Below, piece by piece: positions 15,621-24,300 of a stretch of 32,000 nucleotides of DNA (its first letter is position 1; each line of letters starts with the position of its first letter). The notes beneath the pieces are model-generated. The model had not been told where the DNA came from and did not search any database. It saw only the letters and a list, made by a program, of their open reading frames with translations. The stretch is from NCBI RefSeq assembly GCF_000195755.1, contig NC_005863.1, positions 90,001 through 122,000 on the forward strand, in the 5' to 3' direction. A program made the position numbers and the translations under genes. The stretch is from Nitratidesulfovibrio vulgaris str. Hildenborough (GTDB lineage: Bacteria > Desulfobacterota > Desulfovibrionia > Desulfovibrionales > Desulfovibrionaceae).

Positions 15621-16268
15621 ATGAAATCGTGCAATACGTTTTTTTGTGACGGGAGAATACGGCGCCCCGACCGTGAGCGTCTGAACGGACATCCGGCGCG
15701 CGCCTTCTGGTTCACCGGATTGCCCAGTGCCGGAAAGTCGACCCTTGCCCACATCGCGGAAGAGGTGTTGCATCAGCGTGGCATACGTACCTATGTATTC
15801 GACGGTGACAATGTCCGGCACGGGCTTTGCGGCGACCTCGGCTTCTCGGAACATGACCGCAAGGAGAACGTACGGCGCATCGCTGAAACCGTACGACTCT
15901 TTCTGGATGCGGGGATACTCTGCCTGTGCGCCTTCGTCTCGCCGTTGCGGGCTAACAGGCAGGCAGTCCGGGATATCATCGGGCCGTGCGATTTCTTCGA
16001 GGTCTATGTGAAGTGTCCGGTCACGGTATGCGAATCACGCGACGTGAAGGGGCTCTACGGCAAGGCCCGTCAGGGGCTTGTGGAGAACTACACGGGCATA
16101 TCGGCTCCCTATGAGGAACCGGAGTCGCCCGATATTGTCGTGGATACCAGCCGGAACACCATCGAGGAGAGTGTGCAGAGTCTTACCGATTTCATCTTGC
16201 AGGTGATGACCGTCCCGTGCGCGCAGAAGGATGCCCAAGCCCCCGGCAAGGCCGTCCGTTTCCCGTAG
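15621..16268 (+). CDS. cysC: adenylylsulfate (APS) kinase
   Basis: The match to APS kinase hallmarks is near textbook: FWFTGLPSAGKST (P-loop), FDGDNVRHGLCGDLGFSEHDRKENVRRI, CAFVSPLR and YEEPESPDIVVDT. I set the start at ATG 15621 (MKSCNTFF...), which gives the usual ~29 aa before the P-loop. ATG 15549 is possible. Confidence 0.9.
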   Translation: MKSCNTFFCDGRIRRPDRERLNGHPARAFWFTGLPSAGKSTLAHIAEEVLHQRGIRTYVFDGDNVRHGLCGDLGFSEHDRKENVRRIAETVRLFLDAGILCLCAFVSPLRANRQAVRDIIGPCDFFEVYVKCPVTVCESRDVKGLYGKARQGLVENYTGISAPYEEPESPDIVVDTSRNTIEESVQSLTDFILQVMTVPCAQKDAQAPGKAVRFP

Positions 16269-16365
16269 CCGACGGAAGGCGGGCCTTTGGCGGTGCTGGC
16301 AACCCGCGTGTTCCCCTGATACGTTGCGCCCCTTGAATGCACACTGTCGTGATGAAGGCCAGACC

Positions 16366-17247
16366 ATGAATCAACCGTTCCTGAGCGTCGTCATTGCGAC
16401 CTTCAATGTTGCAGAAGTGCTCCGGGAGTGCCTGCACAGCCTCGCAAGCCAGACATTCCGTGACTTCGAGGTGGTCATCCAGGATGGCGCGTCCACCGAT
16501 GGTACCCTCGCAGTCGCACAGGAGGCTGCCGGGCGGCTGCCCAGACTGTCACTCGCAAGCGTTGCCGATTCGGGCATCTATGATGCGTGGAACCGTGCCC
16601 TGCCCCGCGTGACGGGGGACTGGGTGCTCTTTCTGGGGAGTGACGACACGCTTGCCGGGCCGGATGTACTGGCACAGTGCGCCCGCCGCCTCGCCGATTT
16701 GCCGCCGCAGGTGCTCTATGCCTGCGGTGACGCGCTCGAAGTCTACCCGGACGGTTCTTCACGCGCTGTGACCTGCACAGCCGAAGGGGCCACGCGCCGA
16801 ATGGCCGACCACATCCCGTTCTGCCATTCGTCACTCTGGCATCGGGCCTGCCTGTTCGAGGCGCGGCACTTCGACGCCACGTTGCGCATTGCCGCCGACT
16901 ACGACCTCATCTGCCGCACATGGCCCCACGACGGCGTGGGACATACTCTTGGCATCACTGTGACGCATATGGGGGTCGGGGGTGTCTCTTCAAGCCCCGC
17001 CCACAGATTGCGAACCCAGTGGGAACTTGTGCGCGTGGCAGCCCGGCACGGCCATGGGGCCTTCTCGCGTCGGCGTCTGGTCCCGCTGTGCAAGGCCGTG
17101 GGCTTGTGGGTCTTGTGCAGGCTGGCGGGCCGTCGGGCTTCTGTCATGCTGGACAGGTTGCGGGTCATGCGCGGGCTGCCCCCCTGCTGGACGACGGCAG
17201 ACCCCGCGCGCGTGGGTGGTCGCGACTCTGCCCGTGGTGATGCGTGA
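16366..17247 (+). CDS. family 2 glycosyltransferase
   Basis: The protein starts MNQPFLSVVIATFNVAEVLRECLHSLASQTFRDFEVVIQDGASTDGT and contains FLGSDD. The ATG at 16366 is preceded by GAAGG. The upstream 45 codons of the track ORF are R/P/C-rich filler. Confidence 0.85.
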   Translation: MNQPFLSVVIATFNVAEVLRECLHSLASQTFRDFEVVIQDGASTDGTLAVAQEAAGRLPRLSLASVADSGIYDAWNRALPRVTGDWVLFLGSDDTLAGPDVLAQCARRLADLPPQVLYACGDALEVYPDGSSRAVTCTAEGATRRMADHIPFCHSSLWHRACLFEARHFDATLRIAADYDLICRTWPHDGVGHTLGITVTHMGVGGVSSSPAHRLRTQWELVRVAARHGHGAFSRRRLVPLCKAVGLWVLCRLAGRRASVMLDRLRVMRGLPPCWTTADPARVGGRDSARGDA

Positions 17248-19361
17248 TGCACTGTGACGACGTCATGCTGCCGGCAGCCCTGCACCGGGAATCCTGCCCC
17301 GCCCCTGAAGGGGTTGTCACCGTTGCCGACACGACCCGGAACGCTTCCGGCCACGCGCGGCCCCGCATCTCCATCATCATCCCGGCATGGAACATCGCAC
17401 CGTGGATAGGTCAGACCCTGCGTTCCATCCTTTCGCAGACCGTCGACGACTTCGAGTGCATCGTCATCGACGACGGTTCAACCGACGGCACGGCGCAGGT
17501 GGTCGCCTCGGTCGCCGACCCGCGCATCCGCTGCATCCGGCAGCCCAACGCCGGAGTCAGCGCTGCGCGCAACAGGGGGATTGCCGAGGCGCAGGGTGCG
17601 TTCATCACCTTTCTCGATGGCGACGACTACTGGTTGCCATGTTTTCTCGAGACGCTGCTGCCTCCCTTGCTGACCCGGCCCGAGGTCGACCTCGTTTACT
17701 GCGGCATGACCATGTTCATGGACGACGACGGCACGGTGAAGCCCCAGCCGTGGGGGAATGTGCATGCGACCGGCAACGTCTGGTGGGATATGCTTTCCGA
17801 CTCGGTCATGCTCATGGGCGCATGGCTTGCCCGCGCCGAGGTCGTCAAGGGATGCCGACCTTTCGACCCGACCTTGAGGGTGGGCGAGGACAGGGACTTT
17901 CTCCTCTCGATGCTGGAGGACATCTACCATCAGCGGCACCATGAAGCCGTCGGCATCGACGCAAGGCTGTTGCGCTACCGCCAGCGCCGTGGCAGTGGCG
18001 TCAGGCAGGTGGCCGACGCCCTGCAATGCGAGTGGCACATGATGGACAGGCACCTGCGGCATGAGGGAATCCCGCCTGCCGTGCGCCGTCGGGCCTATTC
18101 CGACCTCGCCTTCAAGATGGGCGTCATCGCCGCATTCGGGGCACGTGACATCGCCCTCGCCCTGCGATGGTATGGCAAGGCATTCGCGCTATGCCCCATG
18201 AACGGCAATCTCTACTGGCTGCCGCTGCGCAAGATGTTCCTTTCACTTCGCCCACGCAGAAGGCTGCACATGAAGGTGCTCTTTCTCTCGGCCCGCGCCG
18301 ATTTCGGAGGCGGGCCTGAACATGTGCTGCAATTGCTCAGGAGACTGCCGCCAGATGTCGAAGCGGCTGTCGCCTGCCCCGAGGATGTCCCCTACTGGGA
18401 GCGCTTCCGCAATATCGTGGGTGATGACAACATGTTCAGCATGCCGCACCGGGCCTTCACGCTGGAGGCAGTGGCGCGCCTTCGACGCTTCTGTCGCAAG
18501 CGAGGGTTCGACGTGCTGCATGCCCACGGCAAGGGGGCGGGATTGTACGCCCGTGTGCTGAGTCTGCTGTGCGGCATCCCTTCGGTCTACACGTTCCACG
18601 GGGTTCACCTCGGCGGCTACGGGCCGCTCAAACGCTGGTTGTATGGTGCCTATGAACGGGCGGCCTCGTGGTGCACCCGGCGCGGCATTGCCGTCTCGAG
18701 GGGGGAGAGGGACGCCATCGAGGCCCACGGACTCATGCCCGCGTCGAAGGTCTCCGTGATCATGAATGGCGTTGAGATGCCGGAGGGCACCGCGCCGCGA
18801 CCTGCTGGCCCACCTTGGCTGGTGGTCTCTTTCAGTCGGTTCGACATGCAGAAGAACAGCCTGTTCCTTCTTGATGTCGCCCGTGCGCTGCAAGAACAGG
18901 GGCGGCTGGACGGGTTCAGGTTCCTGCTGGTCGGCGACGGCCCCGACAGGGCAAGGCTTCTGGAACAGGCGGCAGCACAGGGTCTAGGCGACAGGGTGTC
19001 CTGCCCCGGGGCGACCCCGACCCCGCATGAAGCCTACGCCGGGGCTCTATGCTATTTTTCCTCGTCACGCTGGGAAGGCATGCCTCTTGCCGTGCTGGAG
19101 GCCATGGCCCACGGATTGCCTGTCGTGGCCACGGATGTGGTGGGCAACCGCGACGCCGTCGCCGATGGAGTGACGGGGCTGCTCTATCCTGAAGGCGATG
19201 CTGGCGCTGCCGCAAGAGGGCTTGTGCGGCTTGCCGACGAGGCCGCACTATGGGCCGCGATGGCGCATGAGGCGCGTGCGTGGGTGGCGACGCGCCATGA
19301 CGTGCAGAGGATGGCCGACCGTACGTTCCATGAACTGCGCAAAGCATGCGGCAGGGCGTGA
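17247..19361 (+). CDS. bifunctional glycosyltransferase (N-terminal GT2, C-terminal GT4)
   Basis: The GT2 part shows ISIIIPAWNIAPWIGQTLRSILSQTVDDFECIVIDDGSTDGT and FLDGDD. The GT4 part starts about MKVLFLSARADFGGGPEH and ends with SSSRWEGMPLAVLEAMAHGLPVVATDVVGNRDAVADGVTGLLY. The start overlaps the previous stop (TGATG; GTG 17244 would give GTGA). Confidence 0.85.
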   Translation: MHCDDVMLPAALHRESCPAPEGVVTVADTTRNASGHARPRISIIIPAWNIAPWIGQTLRSILSQTVDDFECIVIDDGSTDGTAQVVASVADPRIRCIRQPNAGVSAARNRGIAEAQGAFITFLDGDDYWLPCFLETLLPPLLTRPEVDLVYCGMTMFMDDDGTVKPQPWGNVHATGNVWWDMLSDSVMLMGAWLARAEVVKGCRPFDPTLRVGEDRDFLLSMLEDIYHQRHHEAVGIDARLLRYRQRRGSGVRQVADALQCEWHMMDRHLRHEGIPPAVRRRAYSDLAFKMGVIAAFGARDIALALRWYGKAFALCPMNGNLYWLPLRKMFLSLRPRRRLHMKVLFLSARADFGGGPEHVLQLLRRLPPDVEAAVACPEDVPYWERFRNIVGDDNMFSMPHRAFTLEAVARLRRFCRKRGFDVLHAHGKGAGLYARVLSLLCGIPSVYTFHGVHLGGYGPLKRWLYGAYERAASWCTRRGIAVSRGERDAIEAHGLMPASKVSVIMNGVEMPEGTAPRPAGPPWLVVSFSRFDMQKNSLFLLDVARALQEQGRLDGFRFLLVGDGPDRARLLEQAAAQGLGDRVSCPGATPTPHEAYAGALCYFSSSRWEGMPLAVLEAMAHGLPVVATDVVGNRDAVADGVTGLLYPEGDAGAAARGLVRLADEAALWAAMAHEARAWVATRHDVQRMADRTFHELRKACGRA

Positions 19362-19665
19362 TGCATGGCGTGAGACAGGCGACGCCCCCTTGGGAGTGTT
19401 GCAGCGTGGCACCTGTAGGCTGCCCATTACGGTCAATGGCAGGGGAAAGCCCGCATGAGCGCGCCGCATCACAAAGCGTGGCCGGCATGGCCGGAAAACC
19501 AGCGACATGACGCGGGCGAGACGCCGCCATGGGCCGTCATCCGCACGAAGCGCGTGACATTCGACGACGGTCGACGCGGGGCGTGCACTCCGACGCCCTG
19601 ACCGCAATGACGACCGGTCTGTCACCAGTGACGGATGCCGCGAAACGTACAGGCGGGGCAAGCCC

Positions 19666-20697
19666 CTAACCTTTCGTCCCGACGCCCCTTCTCTCCAGAA
19701 TCTCCCCGGCGGGTTCCGTCAGGTGCGGCGAGTGCTCGTACCGGATGGTGGTCTGGATGGACTCATGGCCCAGCGCCACGCGAATCTGTTCCAGCGTGGC
19801 CCCGGCGAGGCGCGAGTGGGTGGCGAAGGTGTGCCGCAACCAGTGGGGCGAGATCTTCCGTCCGAGGGCGGCCTCTCCCCATCTGGTGACGATGCGGTAG
19901 GCCGTCTTCACCGTTATCGGCTGCGTGAGCACGCGGCGGTTGGGGAACAGCGGAACGGCATCGAGACCCGGTGCCGGCTGATAGGGCTCGATACTGTACA
20001 GCGCACCCTTCCATACCAGCAGGTCGGCGGCCAGATCCTTGGGAATGTGCAGATGCCGTGTCTTGCGCCCCTTGCCCATGACCGTCGCATACCAGCGCCC
20101 ACGTACGTCGCGCCTGAGGTCGCCCCACCGGAGTGAAACCGCCTCGGCGGCACGTGCCCCTGCGGCAAAGAGCAGTCTGCACATCAGGTGGTCGCGCGCC
20201 GGGGCGTGGCGCCGTGTATGTTCAAGCAGTTCTTGAACTTCTTCTGCCAGCAAGACCCGGTCGCCGTGATGTCCCTCGATATGCTTCGGCCCTTTCACGG
20301 GTGCCGCGGGGTTCAGGGGCAGCAGGCCGCATTTCCACAGGTACCCGAAGAACGACTTGATGCAGGCGAGCTTGGTGGCGATGGTCGCGGGTTTGTAGGC
20401 GGCCTGTTCCAGCGAGTTGAGCCAGTCTTCGATATGCCACACCCGTATGTGGGTGACCGGGGTCTCTGCGAAGCGGAAGAAGGCCAGAAGGGTGGGCAGG
20501 TAGACCCGGACGGTCCCGGGTGAACCTCGCCGCAGGGAGACCATGTGGGCTGCGATGGCCTGTTCAGTCGGTGACAGCCCGGTGGACGCCGTGAGGATGT
20601 CGGAGATGCGCCCGCCGGAAGACTCTTCGGTCACGGCGGCAATACGTCTCTTGTCCGGAGGCGTGAAGTACTGTTCGACGGGCAACTCGCTAACCAT
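19666..20697 (-). CDS. tyrosine recombinase / phage-type integrase
   Basis: The catalytic signature is in order: ARAAE (Arg I), GKGRKTR (Lys), HWLRHTF (His-x-x-Arg), LGHES (His) and TIRYEH (Tyr nucleophile). The N-terminal SAM-like core-binding region contains IKSFFGYL. Length is 343 aa. Confidence 0.9.
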   Translation of the reverse strand: MVSELPVEQYFTPPDKRRIAAVTEESSGGRISDILTASTGLSPTEQAIAAHMVSLRRGSPGTVRVYLPTLLAFFRFAETPVTHIRVWHIEDWLNSLEQAAYKPATIATKLACIKSFFGYLWKCGLLPLNPAAPVKGPKHIEGHHGDRVLLAEEVQELLEHTRRHAPARDHLMCRLLFAAGARAAEAVSLRWGDLRRDVRGRWYATVMGKGRKTRHLHIPKDLAADLLVWKGALYSIEPYQPAPGLDAVPLFPNRRVLTQPITVKTAYRIVTRWGEAALGRKISPHWLRHTFATHSRLAGATLEQIRVALGHESIQTTIRYEHSPHLTEPAGEILERRGVGTKG

Positions 20698-20995
20698 GAC
20701 TGGGCCCTCATTCCGGGTACGCGCCGCACCGGGGCATCAAGACCATGCAGCGCAGTGGAAGCCTGTGTCAGGCATGTCAGGGTCTGACCATGACTCGCAG
20801 CGGGCATGCCCCGGCAGCTGATATGCCTCGTGCCGACCGATGCGCCAGATGGTGTGCTGGTCTTCACGCGCGGCAAGGCTTGCTATCTGGAATACCCACT
20901 GAAGCTCTTCGTGCCATCCTCGATTCCATCATGATCGATATAACACACGAATGTGCTTTTCTGATTTTAAGATGATTGTCAAGAAAAGTCGTGTT

Positions 20996-21023
20996 ATGTC
21001 CGAAAACATTTATTTTCGGACAT
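20996..21023. promoter_or_regulatory. 11-bp perfect inverted repeat (operator-like palindrome) upstream of the AbrB-type gene
   Basis: atgtccgaaaa (20996-21006), a 6-nt spacer cattta, then ttttcggacat (21013-21023). It lies in the A+T-rich divergent region, 66 nt upstream of the ATG at 21089. Confidence 0.45.
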
Positions 21024-21050
21024 TGCATAAAAACGCTGTTTTCATATGCT
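21023..21050 (+). promoter_or_regulatory. candidate sigma70-type promoter for the AbrB/helicase-nuclease pair
   Basis: TTGCAT (21023-21028), a 16-nt spacer, then TATGCT (21045-21050), about 40 nt upstream of the ATG. The -35 hexamer overlaps the right arm of the palindrome. The hexamers match consensus only 3/6 and 4/6, so this is weak. Confidence 0.3.
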
Positions 21051-21088
21051 CACCCAAATGGCAAACACGGCAAGACAAGGAGCTGTCC

Positions 21089-21301
21089 ATGGCAAGACCT
21101 GAATATGAAGTGCTCAAGCAGACTTCCACCGGAACCGTACAAATCCCGAAGGGCCTTCTGCAGAGAATCGGCATCAAGGAGAACGAGGCCATTCTTGCGA
21201 TGCCGCGCCCTGACGGGACAATCGTCCTGCACCGTTTCGACCCGCTTCGGGCTATCGTGACCAACCAAGAGGACGATTTGCCACAGGGCGAAACGGACTG
21301 A
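21089..21301 (+). CDS. SpoVT/AbrB-type (MazE-like swapped-hairpin) DNA-binding protein, 70 aa
   Basis: MARPEYEVLKQTSTGTVQIPKGLLQRIGIKENEAILAMPRPDGTIVLHRF fits the AbrB-domain pattern (x-v-t-IPK-x-l-x-x-lGIk-x-g-d...dG-x-IvL). A consensus AAGGAG lies 7 nt upstream of ATG 21089. The 46 upstream codons of the track ORF run through the A+T-rich promoter region and I excluded them. Confidence 0.7.
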   Translation: MARPEYEVLKQTSTGTVQIPKGLLQRIGIKENEAILAMPRPDGTIVLHRFDPLRAIVTNQEDDLPQGETD

Positions 21302-21355
21302 ATAGCCCGCCCCGAGACTCCCGATTTTCCAGCTTACCCCACATAGAGCACACTC

Positions 21356-24300
21356 ATGCACTCACTCGCTCGCAATCTTACCCAGTACTTTCGCGATTCG
21401 CTTATCGATGAACTCATTCTCGATGAGGTCGGAAGCCCCAAGGGCGCCAACACCTACACCACCATCTCGCCAGAACAATTCGAGCGTGGTGCGTTGCCTG
21501 CAAAGCTTGCAGAGGGGTTGTTGGGCGACCAGGATGAGCAGCGACTGCTTATTGCCCCGATGCAGCTCAAGCGAGGCTTCTTTCGTGACGCACGGCACTG
21601 GAGGCAGCCTGAAGTCATTACCCCCATGCTAGTGCCATGCGTTCTCAGCAGGGACGGAAAACTGGCAGCCCAAGAGCGAATCATGCCGTGGTTCATTCGT
21701 GACTATCTTGATCCAGTCGTCTCTGCAGATAGCGTCGTTATCAGTTCGGTCGATGATGTTGAAGAGTTCATCGCACGTAACAGCCAAGACTTCGCTTGTA
21801 CAAGTTGGCAGGAGTACCTCAGCTTTTGCTCTAAAATGCTGCAAGATCTGATCGGGTTCGACGCCGATGGCAGAGTACAGCTTGGGCATGCGGCCTATTT
21901 CGCGTGTAACGAACCTCGCGTGTATCTGGACAGCGGGCAAGGCGGGGCAACCAGCAATATCAAGAAGCTCTATGACAGTGTGCTGAAAAAGAAGGACATG
22001 CCCAAGGCGTATGAGAGCTTTGTGGCTGGGTGTTCCGCGCCAAGAGCCTTATTGACTTTGGAAGAGGAAGTTGACGTGGCCGCCCATAGCCATTTGGGGC
22101 AGATGAGCGGGGCTTTCGGACTCGGTGCCAGCCAGCGTGAAACCATTCATCATTTTCTTTCCATCAATGAAGGTGAAGTGCTGGCAGTGAATGGTCCTCC
22201 CGGAACAGGCAAAACCACGCTGTTACAGAGCGCCATTGCTTCATTATGGGTAAAAGCCATCATGGTCGCCGGGAATGATTATCCGGACCCGCCTGTCATA
22301 GTGGCCACTTCATCCAACAATCAGGCTGTGACGAATGTCATCAGAGATTTTGGCGAGGTGCTCAAGCTTGAGTCAGATAACCCTCTCGAAATGCGCTGGC
22401 TTCCTGAAGGGGTTGGTAGCCTTGGCACCTACGCCGTTGCTGAGGCTAGACAAAAAAAGCTGGAATCAGAGGACAATCGCCTCCTTTGCGTGTCTCTTGC
22501 GTGGGTCAGTGGTGGCTACAAACTGAAAGGTTTTTTTGAAAAGACCGAATCTCCGGAATTCATCGGGCAGGCAGTTACAACATATCTGGAGATGTACGAG
22601 CGGTTCTCCGGGGCATCCATGAAGAGGGAAGCGCCCGCTGAGCTGGTGAAGGCCATCCGCAAAGAGCTTCGCAGGCGTATGCTGCATATTGCTGCGGATA
22701 TGCAGGAGACTCTTGCCTCCTGGAAACGGTGTCGTCAGGACGTCGAGCGTAAGGCCGAGACGGAAAAGAATCTGACTGGACTGAAAACTTCCTTGCGCAG
22801 ATGCACCGAAGCGTCATCAGCCAAGGCTACCCAACTGATCAAGGCTGGCGAAGAGCTAACCCGTACTGGCACCGTGGCAATGGAAGCGGCGTCTACCATT
22901 GCTGGACAGCCTTTTTGGGAAAGTCTGCTAGGGGCTTTGGGTTTTGTCAAAGAACGCCGGAGAGCCCGCGCAAAAGCCTTCACCCTGAAGCATGGCCTTG
23001 AGATGGATCCTGCTCCACAAAGCCTGCATGATGTGGAAAAGCATGTTGATGATTTGCTGGACACCGTTAAAAAACGTCACAAGGCCCTGAGTCGTGAACT
23101 CGATGAATTACAACGTGCCGCAGCAGGCATGGAACAGGAGAAAGGAGAGCTGAAGGCGTTACTGCAAGGAATTGCAGGACGCGCAAGCAGGTTGGCGGAA
23201 ATCCTCGGCGTGCAAGAGTGTGAGTTAGATTTTACCCGCGCTGGTTTGTATCGTGTTCTGGACCAGTTCGACCGGAACGCGCGTTTCGAGATGTTCCTTC
23301 TCGCCGTGCACTATTACGAAGGGCTCTGGCTCGAACACATGCTTAGAAGTGAGAACGGCAAGGTCTCCGGAAAGGATCGGTTGAAGCGCCTTGCCATGCT
23401 CACGCCCTGCATTGTTTCCACCCTGTTCATGGTGCCCAAGTTCTTCAGCGAGTCCGGGGCACCTCTCTATGAGTTCGTTGATCTGCTCATTCTTGATGAA
23501 GCCGGTCAGGCTGGACCGGATAAGGCAGCAGCCGTCTTCGCGCTAGCAAAGCGCGGACTTGTGGTGGGTGATGTGCACCAGATAGAGCCAGTGTACAAAA
23601 TCCCCGTTTCCGTGGATTTGGGAAACCTGAAGCGCAACAACGTCTATGTGGGGCGCGAAGAAGAAATGCCCAGGGCGGTTGCCGTTTCCAAGGGAAGCGC
23701 CATGCGCATGGCACAGGATGCGAGCCCGTACCATTGCATTCTCAATGGTCACCCTGCCGAAGAGCGCGGCATGTATCTCTTGGAGCATCGTCGATGCCAT
23801 AAAGATATCATCGGGTACTGCAAGGAGTTGGTGTATCCGCATCTTGAGGTGCTCACACGGCAGGAACCGGACGACTTTTATCTTTTTCCACCGCTAGGTT
23901 ATGCTCATATCCCCTCTTCCGGCCAAAAGAAGGGCGGAAGCTGGTGCAACCCTTATGAGGCACACAACATCGCGCAGTGGTTGGCTGATAACCGTGATCG
24001 AATCCTGGCACGCTATAAGGCGTCTTCGCTGGCAAGCGTGATTGCCATCGTGACCCCGTTCGCCCGACAGGTCTCGTCCCTTCGCGAGAGCATGCAGGGG
24101 TGTCTTCCGGAGAGCGATTATGCGGAAATGGTGGTGGGGACGGTGCACAAGCTGCAAGGAGCAGAACGGCCCATCATTGTTTTCTCGCCCGTGTATGGTC
24201 CCGGCAACGTGGCTGTTCCCTTTTTCGACCGGGGTAGGAATATGTTGAATGTTGCCGTTTCACGGGCGAAGCATTCGTTCCTTGTCTTCGGCAATATGGC

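Noticed and set aside
15249-15854. 201-aa minus-strand ORF covering the wzm/cysC intergenic region and the cysC 5' end
   Set aside because: It overlaps the near-canonical APS kinase P-loop region on the other strand, has no motifs and has R/A/H/V-rich composition. It is probably a chance open frame.
19407-19423. Sigma54-like TGGCAC-N-GC element (tggcacctgtaggctgc)
   Set aside because: The spacing between the GG and GC dinucleotides is off by one or two positions and the -12 region lacks TTGC. It also points towards the 3' end of the convergent integrase gene, with nothing to transcribe.
19455-19601. 48-codon plus-strand ORF (MSAPHHKAWPAWPENQRHDAGETPPW...) in the gap between the GT gene and the integrase
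   Set aside because: It has no recognisable domain, has composition typical of random high-G+C frames and has only a weak purine-rich stretch upstream. It is not supportable as a gene from sequence alone.
20951-21088. 46-codon N-terminal extension of the AbrB-type ORF (MCFSDFKMIVKKSRV...)
   Set aside because: It runs through the A+T-rich promoter and palindrome region. A consensus AAGGAG RBS sits directly before the internal ATG at 21089, and the AbrB fold needs only the 70-aa product.
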